64,000 bases of DNA from an uncultured Acidobacteriota bacterium (lineage in GTDB: Bacteria > Acidobacteriota > Vicinamibacteria > Vicinamibacterales > Fen-181): contig CAVUTP010000014.1 of NCBI GenBank assembly GCA_963744445.1, forward strand, positions 1,533,073 through 1,597,072, read 5' to 3'. Below the pieces are notes generated by a model that had not been told where the DNA came from, ran no database searches, and saw only the letters and a program-made list of their open reading frames with translations. Positions within the stretch are counted from its first letter, which is position 1. Each line of letters opens with the position of its first letter. The translations under genes and the position numbers were made by a program. Below, in pieces: positions 20,613 to 31,163 of the stretch.

Positions 20613-21482
20613 ATGTGTGCATCGATGCTCGAGCGGTCCGCCGCGGGGGCCGTCACGCTCGCCCTCGCCCTTGCGTGCGCAGGCCTGCCGTCGCCCCTTT
20701 GGGCGCAGGGTACGCTGCGCCTGGCCACGACCACCAGCACACAGGATTCGGGGCTTCTGGGGGCCATCCTTCCCGGCTTCGAGCGCGCCTGCTCGTGCCG
20801 CGTGAGCGTCATTGCCGTCGGGAGCGGCCAGGCCCTCGAGATCGGGCGGCGGGGCGACGCCGACGTCCTCCTGGTGCACTCGCGGAAGGCCGAGGACCTG
20901 TTCGTGGCGGAAGGGCACGCGCGGCAGCGTTTCGACGTGATGTACAACGACTTCGTCCTGGTCGGGCCCGAGGCTGACCCCGCGAAGCTGGTCGGGACGC
21001 GGCTGGCCCGCGACGCCTTCGCGGCCATCGCCCGGGCTGCGGCACCCTTTGCGAGCCGCGGCGACAAGTCGGGAACCCACGTGATGGAGCAGGAGACGTG
21101 GGCCGCGGCGAAGGTGACGCCGGCGCCGCCATGGTACCGATCGCTGGGGCAGGGCATGGGCGAGACGCTGATGTTCGCCCACGAGCAGCGGGCGTACACC
21201 CTCACCGATCGCGGCACGTGGCTGGCGCTGCGGGCCAAGCTGCCGGCGCTTCGCGTCTGGGTTGGCGGCGACGGCCCGGCCGACAACACGGACCCCGGCC
21301 TGCGCAACCAGTACGGCGTCCTGGCCGTGAGCCCCGACAGGCACCCGGGGGTGAACGCCAACCTGGCCGCGCGCTTCGTGGAGTGGCTCCTCTCGGCCGG
21401 CACCCAGCGGGCCATCGGGGAGTTTGGACGTTCGCGGTTCGGCCAGGCGCTTTTCCGCCCCAACGCGGCCGTCACACGATGA
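20613..21482 (+). CDS. tupA: Tungstate/molybdate ABC transporter periplasmic binding protein (TupA/WtpA family)
   Basis: Signal peptide, then the TupA signature LATTTSTQDSGLL. A TATAAT hexamer lies about 8 nt upstream of the start codon. Confidence 0.75.
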   Translation: MCASMLERSAAGAVTLALALACAGLPSPLWAQGTLRLATTTSTQDSGLLGAILPGFERACSCRVSVIAVGSGQALEIGRRGDADVLLVHSRKAEDLFVAEGHARQRFDVMYNDFVLVGPEADPAKLVGTRLARDAFAAIARAAAPFASRGDKSGTHVMEQETWAAAKVTPAPPWYRSLGQGMGETLMFAHEQRAYTLTDRGTWLALRAKLPALRVWVGGDGPADNTDPGLRNQYGVLAVSPDRHPGVNANLAARFVEWLLSAGTQRAIGEFGRSRFGQALFRPNAAVTR

Positions 21483-22138
21483 GCGAGTTCCTCGAACCCA
21501 ACCTGCTCGAAATCGTGGCGCTCACGCTCGGGGTGTCGGGCGCGGCCCTGTGCATCGCCACCCTCGTCGGCGTGCCGCTCGGCGCGGTACTCGGCCTGGT
21601 CCACTTCCGCGGTCAGAGGCTGGTCACCCTGGCCCTTTACACGGGCATGGGTCTCCCGCCCGTCGTGGTGGGCCTGTTCACCTACATGGCCCTCTCGAGG
21701 AGCGGCGCGCTCGGCTCGCTGGGCTGGCTCTTCACGCCGAGGGCCATGGTCGCGGCCCAGGCCGTCATCGCCTTTCCGCTGGTCGCCGGCCTCACAATGA
21801 GCGCGGTGTCGGCCGTGGAGAAGCCCGTTCGACAGCAGGTGATCGCGCTGGGGGCGTCCCGCTGGCAGGCGGCGCTCACCGTCCTCCTCGAAGCCCGGAT
21901 CGGTGTGACGGCGGCCATCGTTGCTGCCTTCGGGGGGATCATCTCCGAGGTGGGCGCCGTCATGCTGGTGGGCGGGAACATCGAGGGCGAGACCCGCGTG
22001 CTCACGACGGCCATCGTTGTCTACACCAGGCAGGGCGACTTCGCGATGGCGATGGCCCTCGGGCTGACGCTGATCTTCGTGACGTTTGCCGCCAACGTCT
22101 TCCTCCTGCAGTTGCAGGGCAGGCTCCGGGACCGCTGA
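21479..22138 (+). CDS. tupB: Tungstate ABC transporter permease
   Basis: 219 aa with 5-6 TM helices, an EAA-like loop, and an ATGA overlap with tupA. Confidence 0.75.
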   Translation: MSEFLEPNLLEIVALTLGVSGAALCIATLVGVPLGAVLGLVHFRGQRLVTLALYTGMGLPPVVVGLFTYMALSRSGALGSLGWLFTPRAMVAAQAVIAFPLVAGLTMSAVSAVEKPVRQQVIALGASRWQAALTVLLEARIGVTAAIVAAFGGIISEVGAVMLVGGNIEGETRVLTTAIVVYTRQGDFAMAMALGLTLIFVTFAANVFLLQLQGRLRDR

Positions 22139-22866
22139 TGGTCGCGCCGGAGCCGCTCTACCGCCTCGAACAGGTTCGCCAGGAGTACGGCGGCCGCGTG
22201 GTGCTGGACGTCGGGTGCCTCGAGATCGCCCGTGGCGAGACGCTGGCCGTCATCGGGCCGAGCGGCGCGGGCAAGAGCACGCTGCTGCGCCTGTTGCAGT
22301 TCCTCGAGCTGCCCTCGTCTGGGTCGGTGTGGTTCGAGGGAAACCGCGTGGAGGCGCCGCCGCCGCTGGCCCTGCGCCGCCGCGTGACGACCGTGTTCCA
22401 GCGGCCCATCGTCCTGAGCCGATCGGTCCGGGCCAATCTGGCTTACGGGCTGCGGGTCCGGGGGCGTCACGAAGATCGGAAGGAGATCGAGGATCTGCTC
22501 GACGCGCTTGGCCTGGCACCGCTTGCCCAGGCGCACGCGCGCGGGTTGTCGGGCGGCGAGATCCAGCGACTGGCCGTCGGCCGAGCCCTCGCCTTCGACC
22601 CCGACGTCCTGCTTCTGGACGAGCCGACCGCGAACCTCGACCCTCGCAACGTCCGGCTTGTCGAGGATCTCATCCGCCAACGCCACGCGCGTGGCGCGAC
22701 CATTGTCGTCGCCACGCACCAGATCTTCCAGGCGCGTCGCCTCGCCGACCGGATCGCGCTGGTGCTCGACGGGCAGATCGTCGAGGTCGGCCCGACCTCG
22801 GAGTTGCTCGACCGCCCGCGAGATCCGCGAACCCGGGCATTCGTCTCCGGCGAGATGATCTACTAG
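22138..22866 (+). CDS. tupC: Tungstate ABC transporter ATP-binding protein
   Basis: Walker A (GPSGAGKST), ABC signature (LSGGEIQR), Walker B (LLLDEP), and an ATGA overlap with tupB. Confidence 0.85.
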   Translation: MVAPEPLYRLEQVRQEYGGRVVLDVGCLEIARGETLAVIGPSGAGKSTLLRLLQFLELPSSGSVWFEGNRVEAPPPLALRRRVTTVFQRPIVLSRSVRANLAYGLRVRGRHEDRKEIEDLLDALGLAPLAQAHARGLSGGEIQRLAVGRALAFDPDVLLLDEPTANLDPRNVRLVEDLIRQRHARGATIVVATHQIFQARRLADRIALVLDGQIVEVGPTSELLDRPRDPRTRAFVSGEMIY

Positions 22867-23303
22867 CCCGTCGTGACGTCTCAGGCTACGAACTTGGCCT
22901 ACGGTCCCGGCTATCGACAGCTCTTCCGTGAAGCAATCGAATCGAAACGCAACTCAACAGAAAGATCGCTACACCCGCATATCGCCGGTTCCATTCGCAT
23001 TTCACGAGTTGTCGGGCTTTGGTGTGAACATCTTACAAACGGCCGAGTTGTCGAACGGTTCAGCATCAGGCGCTCCTGAAGAGCTCGCCTCGCCTAAGTA
23101 ACTCTCACAGCGTCGTTTGTGCTGCCGGGTACAAGCGTTGCGCTAGGCCGCACGACGGTCGATGGTTCTTCGCGTGGTCGCCCCCAAACGACCGCCGATC
23201 TGTCGCCGGCCCTGAGCGAGCGAACAATCCTCGCAATCCTGTCGTCCCCCGAACGTGCGCCGGGCGCGAGTCTGCCCGGCGGCGTCCGCAGCCTGGAGGC
23301 CTC

Positions 23304-25195
23304 ATGACTCTCCGACTCGGCACCGCCTTGCTTCCCATCGCCCTGATTCTCACGTTCTCATCCCCGGCCCACTCCCAGAACATCGTCCTTCGCGCTTCCA
23401 ACGTCACAACCATGCAAGGCAACTGGACTCGCCATGCCGGCAGCACGACAGGTGCCGGCGGGGAGTACATGTCCAGCGCCGACCAGGGCTGGGCGAATAC
23501 CACGGGCCCGCTCGCTGCGCCGACCGACTACTTCGAGATCAGGTTCAACGCGCCGGCCGGCACGCAGTACCACGTCTGGTTCCGGCTACGCTCGTCAGGC
23601 AACTCGAGGTACAACGACTCGGTGTGGGTGCAGGTACCTCGGACGCCCAGACGACGGGCGGGTCGGCGGTGTACCGCATCGGCACGACGGGCGGTCTCGT
23701 CGTCAACCTCGAGGACTGCAGTGGCTGCGGCGAATCCGGTTGGGGCTGGCAGGACGGCGTCTACTGGATGTCCCAGTCCACCACCATCAAGTTCGCCAAC
23801 GCGGGGTCCCACACGATCCGCGTGCAGACGCGCGAGGACGGCGTGCAGATTGACCAGATCGTCCTCAGCCCCACCACCTACCTGACGGCATCGCCGGGCA
23901 GGACGAGCAACGATTCGACGATCGTGTCCCTCAGCGGCGCAACGGCCGCTTCGACGACCGCCTCGGGCCCGTACACCGGTACGCCGGTCAACATTCCGGG
24001 GAGGATCCAGGCCGAGAACTTCGACAACGGCGGGGACGGGACGGCCTATCACGACAACACCGCAGGCAACACCGGGGGGGCCTACCGCCAGACGGACATG
24101 GACATCCAGGGCTGCTCCGCGGGGGGCTTCAACCTGGGGTGGATCGAGGCCGGCGAGTGGGCCAACTACGCGGTGAACGTCCAAAGCGCCGGGTCGCACA
24201 CGGTGCAGTTGCGGGTGGCTTCGCTGAGCGGCGGCGGCTCACTGCACATCGGCTTCAACGGTCCCAGCTCGGTCTGGCAGTCGGTGTCCATCCCCGCGAC
24301 CGGCGGATGGCAGACGTGGACGACCGTCAACGTCCCCGTGACGCTCGGGGCTGGACGGCAGCTGATAACGGTGGCGATCGATCGAGCGGGGTTCAACCTC
24401 GATTACATCGACGTGGTCGCGGGGGCCGTATCCCAGCCGGCCCCCACTTCCTCCACCGCGTCCGGTGTCACGGTGGCAACGTGGAACGCCAGGGTCGATG
24501 GCTCTTCGACGCACGCGCGCGGGGCGATCGACAGGCTGATGAACCTGAGCCCGCGTCCCGTCATCCTCACGATGCAGGAGGTATCGCGGGCGCAGTACAA
24601 CACCTACCTCGATGAGCTGCGGGTGCGGACCGGGCAGACCTGGCACGGCGTGTTCCAGAATCACTGCCCGCCGGGGGCCTGGAACGGCAGCTCGTGCACC
24701 TCGAGCGAGGACGAGGGGGTCGCCGTGTTCACGTCGCTGCCCGTCACGTCGACCGGCACGACGTACGTGCCCTATGCCGATCAGTGGCACTCGGCGCGCG
24801 GCTTGGCGCGGGCGGCGGTGACGATCAACGGCGTGACGACGCAGGTGATGAGCGTGCACCTGCAGGTCGTGGCGTCCGCCCGCTACAGCTCGATGTCGTA
24901 CCTGGAGTCCTACGCGTCGCGCTATTCGGCGCCCTTCATCGTGGGCGGCGACTTCAACGCCGACCCGGACCAGATTTGCACGACCTCTGGAATGTCGCCG
25001 ACCTTCACCGACGTGTGGTCCCAGGTCGGGTCGGGCCGCGGGTACACGGCCTTCGTGCCTACGCCAACGATGAAGATCGACTACCTCTTCGTGGATGCCA
25101 CAGGCCGCGCGCGTGGCACGTCGGCGAGGGTGGCGACGGAGACGGGCAGCTTCTCCGACCACTACCCGGTGGTGGCCAGCATCTCGGTCCGTTAG
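23304..25195 (+). CDS. Secreted protein with an N-terminal beta domain, a CBM6-like carbohydrate-binding module and a C-terminal endonuclease/exonuclease/phosphatase (EEP) domain; the N-terminal domain is in a different frame (apparent frameshift near 23630)
   Basis: Signal peptide in ORF 23304-23885. CBM6-like motif (IQAENFDNGGDGTAYHDNTAGNTGGAYR). EEP motifs (ATWNARVDG, MQEVS, VGGDFNADPD, SDHYPVVASI) are in the frame that continues to 25195. Confidence 0.65.
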
Positions 25196-25270
25196 CGCAG
25201 CCACAACCTTCGACTGGGGAGGGGCACCGCACTGTCCGCCCCTCCCGTCCTTTCTCCCTGCCCGTCCTCT

Positions 25271-25300
25271 CCGTTCTCCATTCTCAATTCTCCATTCTGG
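25271..25300. repeat. Heptamer array (TTCTCCA type), the reverse complement of the array at 41149-41192
   Basis: ccgttctccattctcaattctccattctgg, compared with gagaatggagaattgagaat at 41149. Confidence 0.75.
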
Positions 25301-25335
25301 CTCTCTGCCTTCTGCCTTGGCCTTGACCTGTCCTG

Positions 25336-25367
25336 TGGCTATATGTATTCTGGCGACATATGGCCAC
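25336..25367. promoter_or_regulatory. 12 bp inverted repeat GTGGCTATATGT-N8-ACATATGGCCAC overlapping the padR start codon (putative PadR operator)
   Basis: A near-perfect palindrome (1 mismatch); the padR ATG lies inside the right half-site. Confidence 0.5.
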
Positions 25368-25704
25368 GACAGCCCTGTCACGCGAGCTGAAGCGCGGGAG
25401 CACCGAGCTGCTGATCCTCGCCCTGCTCGAGGAGCGGGACCGCCACGGGTACGAGATTGCCCGCCTGATTGAGGAGCGCTCGCAGGGCGCGATCAGCTAC
25501 CAGGTGGCCTCGTTGTATCCCACCCTCTATCGGCTCGAAGACCGCCAACTCATCGAAGGCCGATGGGTCGAGAAGCCCGGGCAACGGCGCCGCCGCTACT
25601 ACCGGCTGCTCCCGGCCGGCCGGAAGGTGCTCGCCAGCCAGCGCAGCGTCTGGGAGAGCTTCTTCGCGGGGCTCGACAAGGTCGTCCGTCTCCGGCACGC
25701 GTGA
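25360..25704 (+). CDS. PadR-family transcriptional regulator
   Basis: 114 aa. PadR winged-helix motif (LLILALLEERDRHGYEIARLIEE..LYPTLYRLEDRQLIEGRW). Confidence 0.9.
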   Translation: MATTALSRELKRGSTELLILALLEERDRHGYEIARLIEERSQGAISYQVASLYPTLYRLEDRQLIEGRWVEKPGQRRRRYYRLLPAGRKVLASQRSVWESFFAGLDKVVRLRHA

Positions 25705-25806
25705 AGGGGATCGGGCGGCTGGCAGCGGGCAGCTCTGACAGCTGGTCGCTGGCAGCCGCCGGTCACAGCGGCGGCACCGCCCGCCGCCGTCACGAGGGGA
25801 AGGCCC

Positions 25807-28510
25807 ATGAACTGGAAGTCCATCGTCAGAGCTGCTTTCGACGGACGCCCGGCGCCCGACGATGACGTCGTAGACGAGTTCGCAGAGCACGCGGCGGCTG
25901 CTTTCGAGGCGGCGCGCGCCGAAGGGTGCACACCGGCGGAAGCGGAGGACCGTGTCCGGCGGCAGTTGGCGGCCTGGGCCGGCGACGACGCGATGCTCCG
26001 AAGGCGTCCACGGCGGCCCCCGGTGCCGGTGGTGCCCGCCATCGAGGGCGCGTGGCTTGCTGGCCTGGGGGGTGAGCTTCGCTACGCGCTGCAATTGCTG
26101 CGGCGGCAATGGGGCCACACGCTCGTGGTCGTGCTGACCATGGCCCTGGGCGTTGGAGCCTCGACCGTGCTCTTCAGCGTCGCCTACGGGGTGCTGGTGA
26201 AGCCGTTGCCCTGGCCCGACGCCGGTCGCCTGGTGCGAGTTTACGAGACGCGCGAGGGCAGCCCCCGCCCGGTGCGGTTCGTCACCAACGCCGCCTACCT
26301 TTCCTGGGCTGATTCCCCCACCACCATCGACGCGCTGGGCGGCTGGAGCGCGTCCGCGATGACGGTGACGGGCGGCGGCGACGCCGAGCGCATACAGGTG
26401 GCCGCCGTTACGCCTGGCCTCCTGCCGCTGCTCGACGCGCGCACCGCGGTTGGCCGCTTGTTCGATCTCCGACGCGCAGGGAGTGCCTGATGAGCGGCAG
26501 GTTGTCCTCTCGCACGGGCTCTGGCTCGAGCGCTTCGGCGGCCGGGCCGGGGTGGTAGGGGACACGCTGCGGCTCGACGGCGTCCCGCACCGCGTTGCGG
26601 GGGTGATGGAGCGCACGTTCGTCTTCCCGGCTCGCGACATCCGGGCGTGGACGCCGTTTGTCGTGCCGCCGGTCGTGGGAGCGGATCCGGGCCGCCGCAC
26701 GCTCTCGATGTTCCACGCGATTGCCCGGCTGCGGCCTGGCGCCACCGTCGCCCAGGCGGCCGCCGAGGCGACGGCACGCACCCGCGGCGGGCCCGACCCC
26801 GGCCTCGTGGCGGTAGCTGTGTTCGGCAGCAAGGGCCAGGCACGCGTCAGCGTCGTTCCTCTCGCCGAGGCCACGACCGGCGAGGTGCGCCCGGCGTTGA
26901 TCCTCTTCCTCGCCGCGGTCGGCCTGCTCCTCGCAACGGCGACCGCGAACGTGGCCAGCCTGCAGCTGGCTCGTGCCACCGGCCGGCGGCGCGAGATGGC
27001 GATTCGCGCCGCGCTCGGCGCCGGCACCGGCCGCCTCACCCGGCAGCTGCTCGTCGAGAACGGCCTGCTCGGTCTTGCGGGCGGGATCTCCGGCCTCGGT
27101 CCTCGCCTGCGTGGCTCGTCCGCGCCCTGCCCGCGCTGCTTCCGCGTGACTTCCCGCGCGTGGCGGACATCGCACTGGACTGGCGCGTTGCTGCTTTCTC
27201 CCTGGGCGTTTCGCTGCTGGCGGGCCTGGCCTTCGGCCTGGCACCCGCCCTGCACGCGCGCCGGCTGAAACTCACCCCGGCGCTGCTCGAGGACGGAACC
27301 GCGCCGGTCGGCGCGGGAACGAGAACGGCGACCTCCCGGGCGCGGCTGCTGATCATGGGCGGGCAGGTGGCCGTTGCGGCGGTGCTGCTCCTCGGCGCCG
27401 CCCTCCTCGGACGCAGTTTCGTCGCGCTGCTCACCGCGGACCGCGGCTACGACGCCTCGAACCTCCTCACCGCCAGACTGCCGATTCCCGATCAGGTGTA
27501 CGACCCGGTCAGGCGCGCCGCCTTGATGGAGCGGACGCTCGAACGGCTGAAGAAGGTGCCCGGTATCACGGCCGCTGCGTGGTCCACGGGCATGCCCTTG
27601 ATGCCCGGCGAGACGCTGGCCGCCTTCACGATGCCATCCCCTCGAGGGGAAGGCAACATCCAGGTGCACGCCTCCATCCGCCACGTGACCGCCGACTACT
27701 TCAGCGCCCTGCGGCTCCGCCTGGTGCAGGGGCGCGCCTTCACCGCGCGAGACGACGTGCACGCGATGCCCGCGCTGGTGGTGAACGGCGCCTTCGCCCG
27801 CCAGTACCTTGGTGATCGCCCCGTGGGCGCGCGGTTGCCCGCCAGCTACAACCAGAACTTCGAGGAGGCCGAGGTCGTCGGCGTCGTGGACGACGTTCGA
27901 AACGGGGGCGTCTCCGACCCGGTGGTCCCGGAGATGGTACCGCTGCATCCCCCAGCTCTCCAAGGGCCTCGACGACGATGTGCCGAGCCTGGTGATCCGC
28001 GCCGCCGGCGACCCCACCCGTTTGGTCCCGATCGTCCGTTCGATCGTCCGTGAACAGGACCCGTCGCTCGCGCTCGAGTCGGTGATGACGATGGAGGAGC
28101 GGGTGATGGGGAGCCTGGCGAGACCCCGTCTCTACGCGGTGCTGCTGGGCGGCTTCGCGGCGTTCGCGCTTGCCGTGGCGGCAGTCGGCCTCTTCGGCGT
28201 CCTGAGTTACGGGGTGCAGCTGCGCACGCGCGAGATTGGGGTCCGCACGGCTCTCGGCGCCACGCCGTCTGCGATTGCCGGCCTGGTGCTTCGCCAGGCG
28301 CTCGGCGTGACGACCAGCGGCCTGGTCGTGGGGCTCGCGGCGTCGGCCGCCCTCGCTCGCTACGTGTCACGCCTGCTGTACGGGGTGAGCCCGTACGATC
28401 TCGCCAGCTTCGTCGGCGTGCCGCTGCTGATCCTCGCCGTCGCCGTTCTCGCCTGCCTCGTGCCCGCCCGCCGCGCCGCGCGCGTCGACCCGGTCAGGGT
28501 GCTCAGGTAA
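25807..28510 (+). CDS. ADOP-family (Acidobacterial duplicated orphan permease) ABC-type permease with MacB-like periplasmic domains and two FtsX domains; spread over four reading frames (apparent frameshifts near 26480, 27080 and 27950)
   Basis: Homologous segments run through ORFs 25807-26490, 26450-27268, 26647-28053 and 27809-28510. The protein is collinear with the intact paralogue at 37047-39476. Confidence 0.75.
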
Positions 28511-28542
28511 AGTGCACAGTGCACAGTGCAGAGTGCAGAATG
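28511..28542. repeat. Heptamer tandem array (CACAGTG/CAGAGTG)x4, followed by GAAGCCT repeats to about 28700
   Basis: agtgcacagtgcacagtgcagagtgcagaatg, and GAAGCCTCTGGCCTTC occurs twice (28552 and 28648). Confidence 0.75.
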
Positions 28543-28716
28543 TCTGATCACTCCTGAAGCCTGAAGCCTCTGGCCTTCTCGAAGCCCGAAGCCTCCCTTG
28601 AGATGCGGGCCCCGACCCTGTATGCTGCGGCGCGGCAAGCGCTCCTGACGCCAGAAGCCTCTGGCCTTCCCGAGGTCTGAAATCCGGAGCCTGAAGCCTG
28701 TCTTCCGGAGGTTCCC

Positions 28717-30355
28717 GTGATCAAGCGTCACCCGGCGTGGCCGTTGGTCCTGTCCGTCCTGGTGCTCGGATTGGCCGTGGAGGCCGCCGCACAGGCGAAA
28801 GGCGTGAAGATCATCTCCGCGGCGGAGATGAAGCCGCACATGGCGTTCCTCGGGGCGAAGGAGTTCCGGGGTCGAAGCGCGCCCTCGACCGAGCTCGACA
28901 TCGCCTCCAGGTACCTCGCCCTGGAGGCGGCGAAGATCGGGTTGCAGCCGCTGATGCCCGATGGCTCGTACTTCCAGAGCCTGCCGGTCGAGGTCACGAC
29001 GCTGTCGCCGACGCGCTCCTACATCCGGGTGTCCGGGCGGGCCGGCGAGCTGACGCTCCGCTTCCCGCAGGCCTTCACCTCCAGCGTGCGGGCAACCGCC
29101 GAGTGGTCCGCCTCGGGCGGCCTCGTCTTCGCGGGCAGCGCGTTGTCGGGCACGCAGCCGGCCGCCTGGAGCGACGCGCTGGGAGACGTGCGCGGGAAGT
29201 TCGTCGTCATCCTCGACGTGCCGGTGCCGGCAGTCCCGGGCCAGTCGGGCCCGGCGTCCTCGGCGGCCCGCACGCGCCTGCTCCGGGAGAAGGGGGCCGC
29301 CGGCCTGATCACGGTCATCAGCCGGGAGCGGGAGAGCGTGCTCGCCGAGAGGGGACTGACGTTCGACCTCGCGGAACGGCTCCGCTTCCTCGACGTGGAC
29401 ACGGTGAACCCGCGCGCCGGCCGGGCAGCCGGCAATGCCGCCGCAGGCAGGCGCGCTGCCGTTCAACAGCGTCGAGGTGCGACACGCGGCGGCGGCGGCC
29501 ATGCTCGGCGTTCCGGCGGAGGAACTGACCCGTTGGTTCGACCTCGCGAGCCGCGGGCAGGCCGTGGCGCCCCGGGTGCTGGCCGGCACCTCGGTGGATA
29601 TCGCCGTCGGGTTCGAGCAGCGGATGCGGACGACGCCGAATGTCGTGGCCTGGCTGCCCGGCAGCGACCCGAAGCTGAAGGAGGAGTACGTGGTGATCGG
29701 GTCGCACCACGATCACAACCCGCCGCGCGAGGGCCGCATCTTCCCGGGTGCGGACGACAACGTGTCGGGGTGCGCCGGCATGCTGGCGATCGCCAGGGCC
29801 ATGATGGTGGAGCGGCCGAAACGGTCCGTGATTTTCGTGTGGCACACCGCCGAGGAGCGCGGCCTCGTCGGGGCCTACTACTTCGTGCAGCACAGCCCGG
29901 TGCCGGTGGAGAAGATCACCGCCAACTTGAACCTCGACATGCTCAGCCGCAACGACCCGAACGGGATCTACCTGATTGGGTCGAACAAGCTGAGCTCCGA
30001 GCTGGATGCCAGCTTCCAGGCGATGAACCGCGCCATAAAGCTGACCCTCGACTACAAGTACGAGGACCCCGGCGAGCCGAACCGCTTCTTCTTCCGCAGC
30101 GATCAGTACCCCTACATCCGCTACGGCATTCCTGGCGTGTGGGTGTTCTGCGGCACGACGCCCGATTACCACACCGAGGGCGACGTCGAGGAGAAGGTTG
30201 ACTACGGGAAGATGGAGAAGGTGGTGCGGCTCACCTACCTGGTGGCCATGGACGTGGGCAACAAGCCCGGGCTGCTGAAGCTGGACCTCCACCCGGAAGT
30301 GAAGACCCGCGGTGCCCACAACATGAAGGTCGTGTGGCAGCGGCCGCGGTCGTAG
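28717..30355 (+). CDS. Secreted M28-family peptidase with a PA domain (second copy), with an apparent frameshift near 29440
   Basis: GTG start after the RBS CCGGAGG, then a signal peptide. M28 motifs (HHDHNPP, GADDNVSGCAGMLAIA, EERGLVG) lie in the second frame (29435-30355). Confidence 0.75.
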
Positions 30356-30405
30356 GGGCGGACCGTGCCTCCGCCCTGACAGTGGGCAGCGGAGTCCGGA
30401 GCCGA

Positions 30406-30434
30406 TTGACTTCACGCCCTCCCTCCCCTAGAGT
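30406..30434 (+). promoter_or_regulatory. Near-consensus sigma70 promoter: -35 TTGACT, 17 nt spacer, -10 TAGAGT
   Basis: It lies about 20 nt upstream of the nfeD RBS GGGGAGGG and follows a hairpin (GGGCGGA..TCCGCCC) at 30356-30376. Confidence 0.55.
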
Positions 30435-30455
30435 GACGCCAGCCGGGGAGGGTTC

Positions 30456-31022
30456 ATGGTCGACTGGCTTCCGCAGGTCTCGCAGTTCACGGTGTTCCTC
30501 GCGATCGCGGCGGTCGGGTTCGTCTTCCTGCTGGTGGCGCTCATCTTTGGTGAAGTGTTCGAGCACTTCGAGGCGAGCATCGAACACGATTTCGACGCGC
30601 ACGGGGGGCCCGGCTTCTTCAGCACCCGGATCCTGAGCGTGTTCGTCACCGCGTTCGGCGGGTTCGGCGCCGTGGGCACCTACTACGGTCTCGGCACGCT
30701 GGGCGCCTCCGGTGTCGGCTTCGGCAGCGGTGCCTTCTTCGCGGCGATCATCTACGCCTTCGCCCGGTTCCTCTTCAGCCAGCAGGCTTCGAGCGACCTC
30801 CGCGTCCAGGACGTCGTCGGGTGCCAGGCGCGCGTGATCGTGCCGATCCCCGCGGGGGGTGTCGGGCAGGTGCGCTGCCAGCAGGGCGAACAGTTGATGG
30901 ACAAGATCGCGCGCAGCCGGGACGGGGAGGCGATCCCCGAGAACGTGGCGGTGACGATCGTCGAGGTGCTGGGCGACACGGTCCTGGTGGTGCCCCAGCA
31001 CCAGCCGCAGCCGGCGCGGTAG
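30456..31022 (+). CDS. nfeD: NfeD-family membrane protein (short form, partner of SPFH/flotillin)
   Basis: Two TM helices and a C-terminal OB-like beta domain. It lies immediately upstream of the flotillin gene. Confidence 0.7.
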   Translation: MVDWLPQVSQFTVFLAIAAVGFVFLLVALIFGEVFEHFEASIEHDFDAHGGPGFFSTRILSVFVTAFGGFGAVGTYYGLGTLGASGVGFGSGAFFAAIIYAFARFLFSQQASSDLRVQDVVGCQARVIVPIPAGGVGQVRCQQGEQLMDKIARSRDGEAIPENVAVTIVEVLGDTVLVVPQHQPQPAR

Positions 31023-31163
31023 CGGCGCGGGCCCCCGCCCGGTCCGTGCCCGCCAAAGCTCGCCAGGATACAGGCCTCGGGCGAGGCGTTCGCCGACGCC
31101 GCTCCACGCGAACGAAGGCGAGCCGGCTCACCCATCACTCGTTCCTCGTGCGGGAGGGCAGTC

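Noticed and set aside
28511-28542. CACAGTG heptamers that resemble V(D)J recombination signal heptamers
   Set aside because: It is a coincidental match inside one of many heptamer arrays with different unit sequences. There is no nonamer or spacer structure and no biological context.
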